A stretch of 64,000 bases of DNA, taken from a virus. This document shows, piece by piece, positions 35,139-46,200 of this stretch. Every line of letters begins with the position of its first letter. Within the stretch, counting starts at the first letter, position 1. Below the pieces are notes generated by a model. That model was not told the origin of the DNA. It did not search any database and saw nothing but the letters and a program-made list of their open reading frames with translations. Location: positions 71,459-135,458 of the IMG/VR virus record IMGVR_UViG_3300024255_001563; one strand, written 5' to 3'. Made by a program: the position numbers and the translations under genes.

Positions 35139-37496
35139 ATGGCATACGTACCAGAAAATTCTGGAAATATTGTAATTGGCGATCCTGGAGTGGGGTCAGT
35201 AGGGTCTAAACGAACTGCTACAGTCAACGATAGCAGTAATAATGTTTCGCGAGCGATCAATTTTTTACAAAATCCTAGTTTAGCAGGCGCTGCTGCTTTA
35301 TACGGCGAAGATGTCTTTCCGTTTAGAAACGAATTAAATCAATTTGCTAGTTATGCACCCATTTTTACTCTTGGATGTTTGACAAACATGGAATTTAACT
35401 TTCCTTTAAGCTATAGAACTCTTGGTCCGTTGGTTAAAATTATTCGTAGTGGCGGTGGTGGTGGACCAACTATTCCGTCTTTGTACGACTTAGATGGCAA
35501 GCGTGAATTTTTTATTGAAGATGTGTCAATAAAAAATACAGTAGCACCAGTTAACAGTGTTAGACATAGCAATGCTACTAATATTAATTTTAAAGTTATA
35601 GAACCTTACTCAATGGGGCAGTTTTATCATAATTTAAGAAGTGCAGCATTAGTAACAGGACATTCTAACTATCTAGACGCTCCGTTTTTAATAAGTGTAG
35701 CATTTATTGGGTATGATGACGAAGGTAATGTTAAATCACCTTTCTTCAGTCAACGACATTTTCCAATACAAATTGTTGAAGCAGACATGTCAGTTTCTGA
35801 ATCAGGAGCAGTTTATGATATTAAAGCAGTTCCTTATACTGAACGAGCAGTAACTAATAGAACGCAACGTCTTAAAACTGATGTTCAAATTACAGGCAGG
35901 ACTGTTGCTGAAATGTTACAAGTAGGTCCAAATAGTCTTACTACACAAATAAACAAGGTAGGCGAAGAACAACGCGAAGCAGGCAACGATACAAGCGATC
36001 GATACATAATTCAATTTCCAAATACTGGAATTTTAGGCGGAGCAGTTAGCGGAGCTGTTAATGCAGTAAGCGGAGCTTTAACTTCGCAGTTGGGAGCAAT
36101 TGGATCTTCACTTAATGGATGGTATCAGGGATTAGTTGGTAACACAGGAGAGAATGCTTCAATTGCAACGCCTAATGTTATAGGCGAAACAACATCTATA
36201 ATATCCTTAGGGTCGCTATTTGGTGACAAATTAAAAGCAGAAGCTGAGTTTGATATAAACGAAATTGGAAGATCATCAATCGTTAGACAAGGAACTTCTG
36301 AAAACGCTGGTCAAACAACTCAGCAGATTCCTTCTCTAGCTGAAAATCAAGCTAGTCCGGGGACTATTGATAGAACTAGGATAGCCTGGGACGAAAATAC
36401 AGCAGTAATGTCTTTAAAAGTAAATGATAGAATAGAAGACATTATTGAAGAAGTGATAATATCATCAGAATATGGCCGAAGTTTTAGTAGGGCAAATGCA
36501 GACATGGCCGGACGTATTAAATGGTTTAGGATAGAAACACAAACATATAATACTGGAAGTTTATTAGGCGGTATATTTAATGGAACAAACCCTAAAGTTT
36601 ATGTTTATAGAGTTAGAGTGTTTCGATATGACGGTTCAACAGTTGCAGCCCCTGGAATTAGTAGTTTTTCTAAAAGTCTTATAAAACAACTTATGACAGC
36701 TAAAGCATACAGCTACATTTATACAGGTGCTAACGACGATATTATAGACTTAGATTTAAAATTTAATCATACATTTTACACAGGTGTTAATGCATCTCGA
36801 AACCAAAAAACCTTAATTCAGCAGTTAGGCGGAGCGTTAGGGTTTGGACCTAAAGGTAGAGATCCGGTAACAGTAGCCGGTCGAGGAACAGTACCTTCTC
36901 AAGCAACAAGTCAGCTTAGAGACGATGCAACTGATACTGAAATAGGTAATGGACCTAGCGGTAGAACAGGTTCTGACGATGCCGAAACAGGAACTGCTAG
37001 ATATTTTAATCAACTGGTTATAAATTCAGCAGAAGACCTAGTAAAAGTTGATCTAACAATACACGGCGATCCGTATTTTATAATGGATATTGGTATTGGT
37101 AATTATCTAGGATTAGTATCGTCTCCTTTGTTGCCTGTAACACTTGACGGAAGTTGTAATCCGATGGACGGCGAAGTCTATGTTATTTTAAATTTTAGAA
37201 CTCCGATAGATTACGATCCTAGCGGATATGTAGAATATCCATTAGGCGGCTTTTTGCCGTTGTCAATGTTTAGTGGGCTGTATTCTGTAATACTAGTTGA
37301 AAGTACTTTTGAAAAAGGTAAATTTGTACAAAAATTAACACTTACTCGAAAACGCAATCAAGACCTGTCTATAGAAGCACTTGCAGGAAAAGTAATTTCC
37401 TTCTTAACAGGCGGTAACGGAACAGTGCAAAGTACTAATGGCTCACCGACTCAACAAGTCGGTGATAATACTGGACCAGATGAGGATCTTACATAA
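35139..37496 (+). CDS. Baseplate hub-like protein (gp27-like position), 785 aa
   Basis: Precedes gp5-like gene; LTIHGDPYF and FSGLYSV..VES.F..GKF.QKL hub-type C-terminus. Confidence 0.6.
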   Translation: MAYVPENSGNIVIGDPGVGSVGSKRTATVNDSSNNVSRAINFLQNPSLAGAAALYGEDVFPFRNELNQFASYAPIFTLGCLTNMEFNFPLSYRTLGPLVKIIRSGGGGGPTIPSLYDLDGKREFFIEDVSIKNTVAPVNSVRHSNATNINFKVIEPYSMGQFYHNLRSAALVTGHSNYLDAPFLISVAFIGYDDEGNVKSPFFSQRHFPIQIVEADMSVSESGAVYDIKAVPYTERAVTNRTQRLKTDVQITGRTVAEMLQVGPNSLTTQINKVGEEQREAGNDTSDRYIIQFPNTGILGGAVSGAVNAVSGALTSQLGAIGSSLNGWYQGLVGNTGENASIATPNVIGETTSIISLGSLFGDKLKAEAEFDINEIGRSSIVRQGTSENAGQTTQQIPSLAENQASPGTIDRTRIAWDENTAVMSLKVNDRIEDIIEEVIISSEYGRSFSRANADMAGRIKWFRIETQTYNTGSLLGGIFNGTNPKVYVYRVRVFRYDGSTVAAPGISSFSKSLIKQLMTAKAYSYIYTGANDDIIDLDLKFNHTFYTGVNASRNQKTLIQQLGGALGFGPKGRDPVTVAGRGTVPSQATSQLRDDATDTEIGNGPSGRTGSDDAETGTARYFNQLVINSAEDLVKVDLTIHGDPYFIMDIGIGNYLGLVSSPLLPVTLDGSCNPMDGEVYVILNFRTPIDYDPSGYVEYPLGGFLPLSMFSGLYSVILVESTFEKGKFVQKLTLTRKRNQDLSIEALAGKVISFLTGGNGTVQSTNGSPTQQVGDNTGPDEDLT

Positions 37497-37499
37497 ATT

Positions 37500-39251
37500 A
37501 TGGCACTTGAAAGAAGAGATAATAGCGACAGAGCGTCAAATAACACAGGTGTATTTTTAGGTAAAGTAGTAAGTCACCTTGATACAACTTACATGGGCGG
37601 CGTACAAGTAGAAATATTAAAAAACAACGAAAGTGGTAGCATTACAGGACAAACTGTAAACTGTAAGTATGCTAGTCCGTTTTACGGACAAAGTCCGTAT
37701 TCTGGGTTAGGAAGAGGTACTGATTATGCAAGTACGCAGAAAAGTTACGGGTTTTGGGCTGTACCGCCTGATATAGGAACACAAGTAATTGTAGTAATGC
37801 CAGAAGGTAACTATTCTAGTGCTTATTGGATAGGATGTGTACCTGATACAGGTATGAATTTTATGACTCCGGGCAATGCAGGAACAACATTTAATAATGC
37901 TGATCAGTCAGCTGCATTACCAGTTGGTGAATTCAACAAATTAACAACACAACTCAATGGTAGCGATCCAACAAAGGCAACTAAGCCGGCAATAGATAGT
38001 GACCGCTTTACACGTTACAACGAGACTGGATTAATAAAAGATCATATTAGAGGATCTAATACTTCTAGTGCTAGGCGAGAAGTTCCAAGTAAAGTATTTG
38101 GCATAAGTACTCCGGGACCTGAAGACATACAGGGCCCTAAGCATCAATACGGTCCTACACCTGCTACTTCGATACAACGACCATATAACAGATTAGGCGG
38201 CTCTAGTTTTGTAATGGACGACGGCGACATGACACTGTTTAGAAAAAAGCCAGCAGCTGATGGTCCGCTAGAATATGCCAATGCCGAAAAAGGTGATCAA
38301 AGTGGTGACCCAACATTGCCAGCAAATGATCTGATTAGATTACAAACTAGAACTGGTCATCAAATTTTAATGCACAACACGGAAGATTTAATTTATATTT
38401 CTCATGGCAGCGGAAACAGTTGGATAGAAATGACTGCTAATGGCAAAATTGAAATATATTCTAAAGATAGCATAAGTGTTAATACCGAAAATGATATAAA
38501 TTTTAATGCAGGAAGAGACATAAATTTTGCTGCTAAAGAAGACATTAATTTTGTTGCAGATAAAAATATCAAAATGCATTCATTGGAAACTACAACGCAT
38601 CATGCGTTAAATTATAAAATGCATGTAGAAGAAAATTCAGACATTAGAATTGACAAAGAGTCATTTACCTATGTTGAACAAGACAAACATTTAGTTGTCA
38701 AAGGCAACAAATTAGTATTTGTAGAAGGCAGTGCAGAAACCGAAGTAAGTTCAGATGTAAAAATGACCCAACGGAACTTTGATATTAAGACTCAACAAGA
38801 TATTAATTTTTCAGCAGACGCAGGATCTATTAGTCTTACTGCACAGCAGAATATTGCAGGAACTGCAACTGCAACTGTAGGTTTTGAAGGGCAAAATGTA
38901 GGACTATCTGGTAGGTCAACTGCTGCAATAAGTGCGGGCTTTATAGGGTTAAATGGTACAGTACATGCACCTGACCCTGTACCAGGAAATACAACAGTCT
39001 CGATGCCCGCCGTCGAAGGAGCAAGAGCGGTAGTAACTTCCGCTGACGAAGCAGCCGAGTTTGAAGGTGAAGAATTTGCATGTTACCCAAAACGCATTCC
39101 GCAGCACGAACCTTGGAAAGAACACGAAAATTTAGACCCAGGATCTTATGTTCCAGATGAAACTCGGTCTACAGAAAATGAAAGACCAGAACCGGATGAT
39201 TCTCCGTTTGAATTTCCGCCACAGGATGATACATTTGCAAAGGGGCAATAA
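37500..39251 (+). CDS. gp5: Baseplate central spike, gp5/VgrG-like, 583 aa, no recognisable lysozyme domain
   Basis: OB-fold GFWAVPPDIGTQVIV..W.GC, RTGHQI, beta-helix repeats, RIPQHEPW.EHE. Confidence 0.8.
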   Translation: MALERRDNSDRASNNTGVFLGKVVSHLDTTYMGGVQVEILKNNESGSITGQTVNCKYASPFYGQSPYSGLGRGTDYASTQKSYGFWAVPPDIGTQVIVVMPEGNYSSAYWIGCVPDTGMNFMTPGNAGTTFNNADQSAALPVGEFNKLTTQLNGSDPTKATKPAIDSDRFTRYNETGLIKDHIRGSNTSSARREVPSKVFGISTPGPEDIQGPKHQYGPTPATSIQRPYNRLGGSSFVMDDGDMTLFRKKPAADGPLEYANAEKGDQSGDPTLPANDLIRLQTRTGHQILMHNTEDLIYISHGSGNSWIEMTANGKIEIYSKDSISVNTENDINFNAGRDINFAAKEDINFVADKNIKMHSLETTTHHALNYKMHVEENSDIRIDKESFTYVEQDKHLVVKGNKLVFVEGSAETEVSSDVKMTQRNFDIKTQQDINFSADAGSISLTAQQNIAGTATATVGFEGQNVGLSGRSTAAISAGFIGLNGTVHAPDPVPGNTTVSMPAVEGARAVVTSADEAAEFEGEEFACYPKRIPQHEPWKEHENLDPGSYVPDETRSTENERPEPDDSPFEFPPQDDTFAKGQ

Positions 39252-39704
39252 ATGAGTACAATAGAAAAAAAGTTATATAAACAAGTTAGCGTAAAGAGTA
39301 ATACTAATAAAGATTTAGAGTATGTAAAGGCACCTACATACAAAGGATTTAGTACTATTAGCACTTATGGCGACAGTAATGTTTTGTATGATATTTCCCT
39401 TATTAAACAGGATATTATTAATCACTTCCACATACGAAAGGGTGAAAAGTTATCAGATCCAAGTTTTGGCACCATTATTTGGGATATATTGTTTGAACCT
39501 CTAACTGATCAGATAAAAAATAAAATAATACAAGATGTTTCGGAGATTGTTAATTATGATCAGCGTGTAAGTGTAAACCAGATTATTGTTGATAGTTACG
39601 AAAACGGTATTTCTATATCTTGCGAACTAGTGTATCTACCTTATTCTATAGTTGAAAAATTACAGTTACAATTCGACGAAGATGCCGGATTTTTTACAGC
39701 ATAA
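39252..39704 (+). CDS. gp25: Baseplate wedge/sheath initiator gp25
   Basis: IKQDIINHFHIRKGEK..DPSFGT.IWDILFEP. Confidence 0.9.
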   Translation: MSTIEKKLYKQVSVKSNTNKDLEYVKAPTYKGFSTISTYGDSNVLYDISLIKQDIINHFHIRKGEKLSDPSFGTIIWDILFEPLTDQIKNKIIQDVSEIVNYDQRVSVNQIIVDSYENGISISCELVYLPYSIVEKLQLQFDEDAGFFTA

Positions 39705-39759
39705 TTATATACGCAGTTATCTTAAATTGCTAAATATTACAATAAGATAAGGAATACAA

Positions 39760-42700
39760 ATGTCCTCAAGCGATAGACAAAATAGATTACTACTTTCTGA
39801 AGACTGGAAACGTGTTTACCAAAGTTTTAGAAATGCAGATTTTAAAAGCTACGATTTTGATAATCTTCGTAGAACAATGGTTCAGTATTTACGGGAAAAT
39901 TATCCTGAAGATTTTAACGATTATACAGAAAGTTCCGAATACCTTGCACTTATTGACCTTATCGCCTACCTAGGACAAAATATTGCATTCCGTATAGATC
40001 TTAATGCAAGAGAAAACTATTTAGAACTTGCAGAACGTAGAGAAAGTGTACTGCGTCTAGCACGTTTGTTGTCTTACAATCCTAAGCGTAATCAAGCAGC
40101 AAACGGTCTTTTAAAATTACAAAGCGTTAGAACATCTGAAGAAGTTTATGATAGTAATAATATAAATTTACAAGGACAAACTATTGTTTGGAATGACCCG
40201 TCTAATTCAGAGTGGTATGAACAGTTTATTAAAATTTTAAATTTATCACTTCCTGTAAACAATACTTTTGGGCGCTCTAATAAAAACGAAATTATTAATG
40301 GTATAACTACTGAGCAGTACCGATTTAACAGTGTAAATAACGATGTCCCGATATTTTCTTTTAATAAAGTAATTGATGGAAGAAGTTTGCAGTTCGAAAT
40401 AACATCAACAGATATAAGTGCTGATGCTGTTTTAGAAGAAGCACCGTTTCCAGGAAATAAATTTGCATTTATTTTTAAGGATGATGGCAAAGGAATTACA
40501 AGTCCAAATACAGGATTTTTCTCGCACTTTAGACAAGGCACATTAGACCAGGGAGTATTTACTGTAAACAGTCCTAGTACTAATCAGGCAATATCAGTTG
40601 AAGCGTTAGATATTAATGACTCTGATGTATGGCTTTATGGTTTAGATAGTTTAGGCAATGAAAGTGAACTTTGGACTAAAGTTGAAGCATTGCAAGGCAA
40701 CAATATTATTTACAATAGTTTGTCTAAAAAAGAAAGAAATATTTACAGTGTTCTTACTCGTGTAGATGACAGAATAAGTTTAATGTTTAGTGATGGTATT
40801 TTTGGAAACTTACCAAAGGGTTCATTTAGAGTATATTACAGAACAAGCCAAAATGACAGAACAATTGTAACTCCCAGAGATCTTAGCAATGTTTCTATTA
40901 GTATCTCGTATATCTCAAGAAGTGGAAAAACAGAAACATTAAGATTAATATACAATCTTCAGTATACTGTTGATAACAGTGCAGAAAGCGAATCTACAGA
41001 CAGTATACGATTCAATGCACCGTCAACATATTATACACAAAATAGAATGGTAACGGGTGAAGACTATCAACTTGCTCCACTAGGAATTAGTCAAAATATT
41101 GTAAAATCAAAATCAGTAAACAGAACATCAAGTGGCATTAGTCGATATTTTGATTTAATTGATGCTACTGGAAAATACAGTAAAACTACACTATATGGCA
41201 ACGACGGAGTCTTGTATAAAGAATATAGTGATTTGTTAGTAAATTTTGCATTTCAAACTAAGACAGACGTTGAGGGAGTTATATTAAATTCTATTTTACC
41301 AGTATTGTCTAATAAAAAAGTTAGGAATTATTACTTTGACAAGTTTCCAAGAATTTTAACAGGAGACTTAGAAATTACTTGGAATCAAGAAACAACTGAA
41401 ACTAATTTAAGTACAGGATATTTTAAAAATAAAGAAGGTGCTGCACTAAAATTAGGTAGCTTTACATCTTCAATCCTTTCACTACTAAAACAAGGCACAC
41501 TTATTAAATTTATTGCACCAACAGGCTCGCACTTTAATAAAGATTTAGACATTGTTTCGGGTAATCCTTCAATTATAGGAGATACAACATATAAATGGGT
41601 TAAATTAATTTCAGTTAACGGAACAGGATTTGAAATTAGAGATGATAATACCGGTGCTGTTTACTTAAATGACGAAATTCCAACAGGTGCAATTTTATCA
41701 GAAATTAAACCGGCATTGCCAAATAACTTAATTGCAAGCGTAAAACAACAAGTTATTGATCAGATCTTTGCCTACAAAACGTTTGGTCTACGATTTGATC
41801 AAACAGCTAGTGAATGGAGAATTGTTACAGAAAACAACCTATCCATTGGCTCAGAGTTTTCGACTGGTAAATCAGGAGACACTACAAATCAACAACTTGA
41901 TGCTAGTTGGATCTTACTTTTTGAAACAGATGGAGAACGTTATAGTGTGACCTATAGAGGCATGCGTTACGTTTTTGAAAGCGACAAGGAAATTAAATTT
42001 TATTATGATCCGACAGAAAAAATTTATGATAGTAATTCAGGTAAAATTATTAAAGATCTAATATCAGTTTTAAGTGTAAACTATCAGCCGGACAGTACGA
42101 GTGCGTTTACTAAAGATTATAACTGGGAAATTGTTGACATATACCGTGATGTTGAAGGGTATGTTGATAGCAAAAAAATTGAAATAAGTTTTTTTGATGC
42201 AGACGAAGACGGAATTGTTGATGACGCAGACTTGTTTGAAGAAATTGCTTCACCATCAGTAAACACATTAAACAAATATGTTATTTTTAAAAGAATAAAA
42301 TCTACTGACGGCGTTGAAGATTTCAATTATCTTGACAATGCTAATAAAGAAGTTATTATTTTAAGTTCTAAATCAGAAGTACGTCCATTTAGTGAATATA
42401 GTAACGGCCAAGTATTTTATTATATAGATAATGACATTTTTGAAGTATTAGATCAGTCGATTTTAAAATTAAATATTAGTGCAGATTACAAAGCTAGACT
42501 AGGTAGAACTGATCTTAAATTTAGATATGTTCATTCTGCAAGTGCAAATGAAAGAATTGATCCTAGCGCAAGTAATATCATTGATATGTATTTGCTAGAA
42601 AGAAATTATGATACATCTTATAGAAATTGGCTATTGAATAAATCAACAACAAAGCCATTGCCGCCGAGTAGCGATCAGATGCATATTTCTTATGCACCAA

Positions 42701-43251
42701 GTTTAAACCAAATTAAGTCACTTACAGACGAAATTATATATCATCCAGTTAAGTACAAAGTACTATTTGGATCAAATGCGGAAGAAGATTTGCAAGCTAC
42801 ATTTAAAGTTGTAAAAAATAAAGACAAAGTTTTAAACAACAACGACATAAAGACAAGAGTAATTACAGCAATTAATCAATTTTTTGCATTAGAAAATTGG
42901 GATTTTGGCGAAACATTTTATTTCTCAGAACTTGCAAATTATGTAATGTACAAATTATCGCCTGACTTATCAACATTTATAATAGTTCCAAATCAAGGCG
43001 ATCAAGGTTTTGGAAGTCTATTTGAAATAAAATCAGAAAGCAATGAAATTTTTATTAGCGGAGCGTCCGTGGATAATATTGAAATAATTGATGCGGTTAC
43101 TGCGTCAAAGCTTAAAGCAGATAGTAATATAGTAACAGAAGTGTCGTCGGCAAATGTAGGAATTCAAAGTTCTGCGTTGGACGAAACAGCTACAAAAGTT
43201 AGTCCAACACAAAATGTAATTACTAATATTAATAGAGGAAATACTTACTAA
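39760..43251 (+). CDS. gp6: Baseplate wedge protein gp6-like, 1163 aa
   Basis: DFDNLR..M..YL, DLIAY, ENYLELAERRESVLRLARLLSYNP, FSDGIFG.LP, QNRMVT.EDY. Confidence 0.9.
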   Translation: MSSSDRQNRLLLSEDWKRVYQSFRNADFKSYDFDNLRRTMVQYLRENYPEDFNDYTESSEYLALIDLIAYLGQNIAFRIDLNARENYLELAERRESVLRLARLLSYNPKRNQAANGLLKLQSVRTSEEVYDSNNINLQGQTIVWNDPSNSEWYEQFIKILNLSLPVNNTFGRSNKNEIINGITTEQYRFNSVNNDVPIFSFNKVIDGRSLQFEITSTDISADAVLEEAPFPGNKFAFIFKDDGKGITSPNTGFFSHFRQGTLDQGVFTVNSPSTNQAISVEALDINDSDVWLYGLDSLGNESELWTKVEALQGNNIIYNSLSKKERNIYSVLTRVDDRISLMFSDGIFGNLPKGSFRVYYRTSQNDRTIVTPRDLSNVSISISYISRSGKTETLRLIYNLQYTVDNSAESESTDSIRFNAPSTYYTQNRMVTGEDYQLAPLGISQNIVKSKSVNRTSSGISRYFDLIDATGKYSKTTLYGNDGVLYKEYSDLLVNFAFQTKTDVEGVILNSILPVLSNKKVRNYYFDKFPRILTGDLEITWNQETTETNLSTGYFKNKEGAALKLGSFTSSILSLLKQGTLIKFIAPTGSHFNKDLDIVSGNPSIIGDTTYKWVKLISVNGTGFEIRDDNTGAVYLNDEIPTGAILSEIKPALPNNLIASVKQQVIDQIFAYKTFGLRFDQTASEWRIVTENNLSIGSEFSTGKSGDTTNQQLDASWILLFETDGERYSVTYRGMRYVFESDKEIKFYYDPTEKIYDSNSGKIIKDLISVLSVNYQPDSTSAFTKDYNWEIVDIYRDVEGYVDSKKIEISFFDADEDGIVDDADLFEEIASPSVNTLNKYVIFKRIKSTDGVEDFNYLDNANKEVIILSSKSEVRPFSEYSNGQVFYYIDNDIFEVLDQSILKLNISADYKARLGRTDLKFRYVHSASANERIDPSASNIIDMYLLERNYDTSYRNWLLNKSTTKPLPPSSDQMHISYAPSLNQIKSLTDEIIYHPVKYKVLFGSNAEEDLQATFKVVKNKDKVLNNNDIKTRVITAINQFFALENWDFGETFYFSELANYVMYKLSPDLSTFIIVPNQGDQGFGSLFEIKSESNEIFISGASVDNIEIIDAVTASKLKADSNIVTEVSSANVGIQSSALDETATKVSPTQNVITNINRGNTY

Positions 43252-46200
43252 TGGCTCATAACGATAATCAAAAAGAATTTCCAATTCCGGACGGTAACTC
43301 GAATAAAAGAGAAACTGCTAGACATTTACCTAAGTACTTTAGAACAGAAAAAAATCAAAAGTTTTTACAATCTACATTAGATCAATTATTACAGCCAGGA
43401 ACTGCTGAAAAAACTAATTCTTTTGTTGGAAGAAAAACAGCTAAATCTTTTTCTCTTAATGATACTTATTTAGACGAAGTATCAGACGATAGAGCTAATT
43501 ATCAATTAGAGCCTGTAAGCGTTATTAAAGATCAGAATAATAATGTAACGTATTATCAAGAATACAGAGATTATATTAATCAGATTGCAAACTTTGGTGG
43601 CGTTAATAATAATCATAGTAGAAATACTAAACAAGAATTTTATACAATTGATCCACATATTGACTGGGATAAGTTTACTAATTTTAGAAATTACTATTGG
43701 CTTCCGAATGGTCCTCAAGCAGTAGATATTCCTGGCGAACAAAAAGAAATTGCAAGTACTTACACTGTAGAATTACAGTCGGCATTGGGCGATTATTCCT
43801 ACGTATTCAGTCCAGACGGGTTAACTAACAATCCAACATTAAAATTATACAGAGGTGTAAAGTATAGGTTTGAAATTACAACTCCCGGAGTTCCATTAAC
43901 TTTTAGAACAAAACGAACATTAGACGATGAATTTTTATTAGATGAAGGAATAACGGCGCAAGAAGTTGAAAGCGGCGTTATAGAATTAACATTAGGAACA
44001 GAATCCCCGGATGAATTGTTTTATGTAGCTAGTAATGATATTAATATTGGCGGCCTGATTAGAGTTGCAAACCAAGAAGATGCCTCGTTTATCGATGTTA
44101 CTAGCGAAATACTAAACAAAAAAGCATATACTACTAGAGACGGCTGGGCGCTAACTAACGGATTAAAGATTAAATTTGCTGGCGAAACCATCCCTTCGAC
44201 ATATGCAGAAGGCGAATGGTACGTAGAAGGTATAGGCGATAAAATTAACCTAGTTTCAAGTACAGACGTTGACGTATCTTTTCCGGTCGGAATTGATTTA
44301 ACTGTTCCGTTTGATGATATTGATGGTGAAGGTTTTGACGGATTGCCGTTCTCTCAAGCTATTGGATATCCTAAAGATAAAGACTATATTCTTATTAACC
44401 GTGCTAGTGTTGATGGTAATTTTTGGGCAAGATACAATAGATGGTTCCATAAAGATGTTATCGACTTATCTTCTCGAGTCAACGGAGTTTCGGTTAACTT
44501 AGATCAAACACAGCGAGCTAGCCGTCCTATTATTGAATTTGATGCAGGCTTAAAATTATATAACTTTGGTACAAAAAATAAATCTAGTGTCGATCTTATA
44601 GATAATTTTACATCAGACGTTTTTAGTACTATTGAAGGCGGCCTTGGATATAATGTTGACGGAATACAACTATCTCAAGGCATGCGAGTATTATTTTTAA
44701 ATGATCCTGATCCTCTTGTAAAAGGTAGAGTCTTTGAAGTAACCTTTATTAATTTTAAAGGTTCTGGCGAAACAGGACAAATTAGTTTAGTAGAGACTGA
44801 TGATAGTATTCCTCAGTCTGGAGAAAATGTATTAGTAATAAGAGGCAACGAAAACGGCGGCAAAATATGGTATTTTGATGGAGAAATCTGGAATATTGCA
44901 CAAGAAAAAACTTCAGTAAACCAACCTCCGATATTTGATGTTTTTGATAAAGACGACGAAAGCTTTTCAAATACAGAAAAATATATTGCAAGCTCATTTA
45001 GAGGAACTAAGATTTTTGGGTATAAAGAAAATCAATTAACAACAGATTCTGAATTGGGATTTGGTATTTCTTATAGGAGTATCAGTAACGTAGGTGATAT
45101 TGTTTTTGATTTTAATTATAACACAGATGCGTTTAATTATCAAGATAATGATCAAATTACTACTATTCCGATCAACAAAGGCTTTTTAAGAAAGTATTAT
45201 AACAATAATACATTTGAATCTGTAGGTATTTACACTAAAGCTCATAGGATGAGTGAACAAAAAGTTATTCTACAGTATGTTAACGACAGAACAAGATTAA
45301 CATATCCTATTAATTGTTATAACCAAAGTTCTTATTTAGATGACTTAACAGTAGCAGTTTATGTTAACAATATAAGACAGAAAGAAAATGTTGACTTTGT
45401 ATTAGAAAATAATGCAGATAAATTTAAACATGTAAAGTTTAATAATACTGTTCCAGTTGATTCGACAATTATTATTAAATGTGCTTCGTCTAAACCTAAA
45501 AATAAAAACGGCTATTACGAAATTGCTTCTAATTTAGAAAAAAACCCGTTGAATGACGACATTGAATCATTAACGTTAGGTGAAATCAGTGAACATGTTG
45601 CAACAATAGTTGACAGTTTAATAGATGAAATTGGTGATGAGTTTACTAGTACAAACTTTAGAGATATTAGTAATTCGTCTAAGTACGGCAAAAAGTTTTT
45701 AAAACATAGTTCGCCGCTAAACTTATCAATGTATAGTTTATTAGATAAAGACTCTAATCTTATAAAATCTATTAGATATGCTAAAAAAGAATATTCCAAA
45801 TTTAAAAGAGAATTTTTAGAAATTGCAGAAGGATTAGAATTTAATGGATCTAATAAACAACATGTTGATGAAATTATTAAGGAATTAACAAAAAGTAAAA
45901 CATCTTCAATGCCATTTTATTTTAGCGATATGATTCCTTATGGCACAGCAATTAAGACTAGGATCATAGTAGAAGACCCTGATGCTAGATTCTTTGCCTT
46001 AAATAGACAATTTACTTTAGATACATTAAGCACACAAGCAGTAACAGTTTACTTAAATAATACCCAGCTTTTACACGAAAAAGACTATATCTTTAATAGT
46101 CAAGGTTTTATCGAAATTACTGCAACAAAGAGCTTTCAAGACATAATCGAAATAAACGAGTACGATACAACTAATGGATCGTTTATACCTCCAACTCCGA

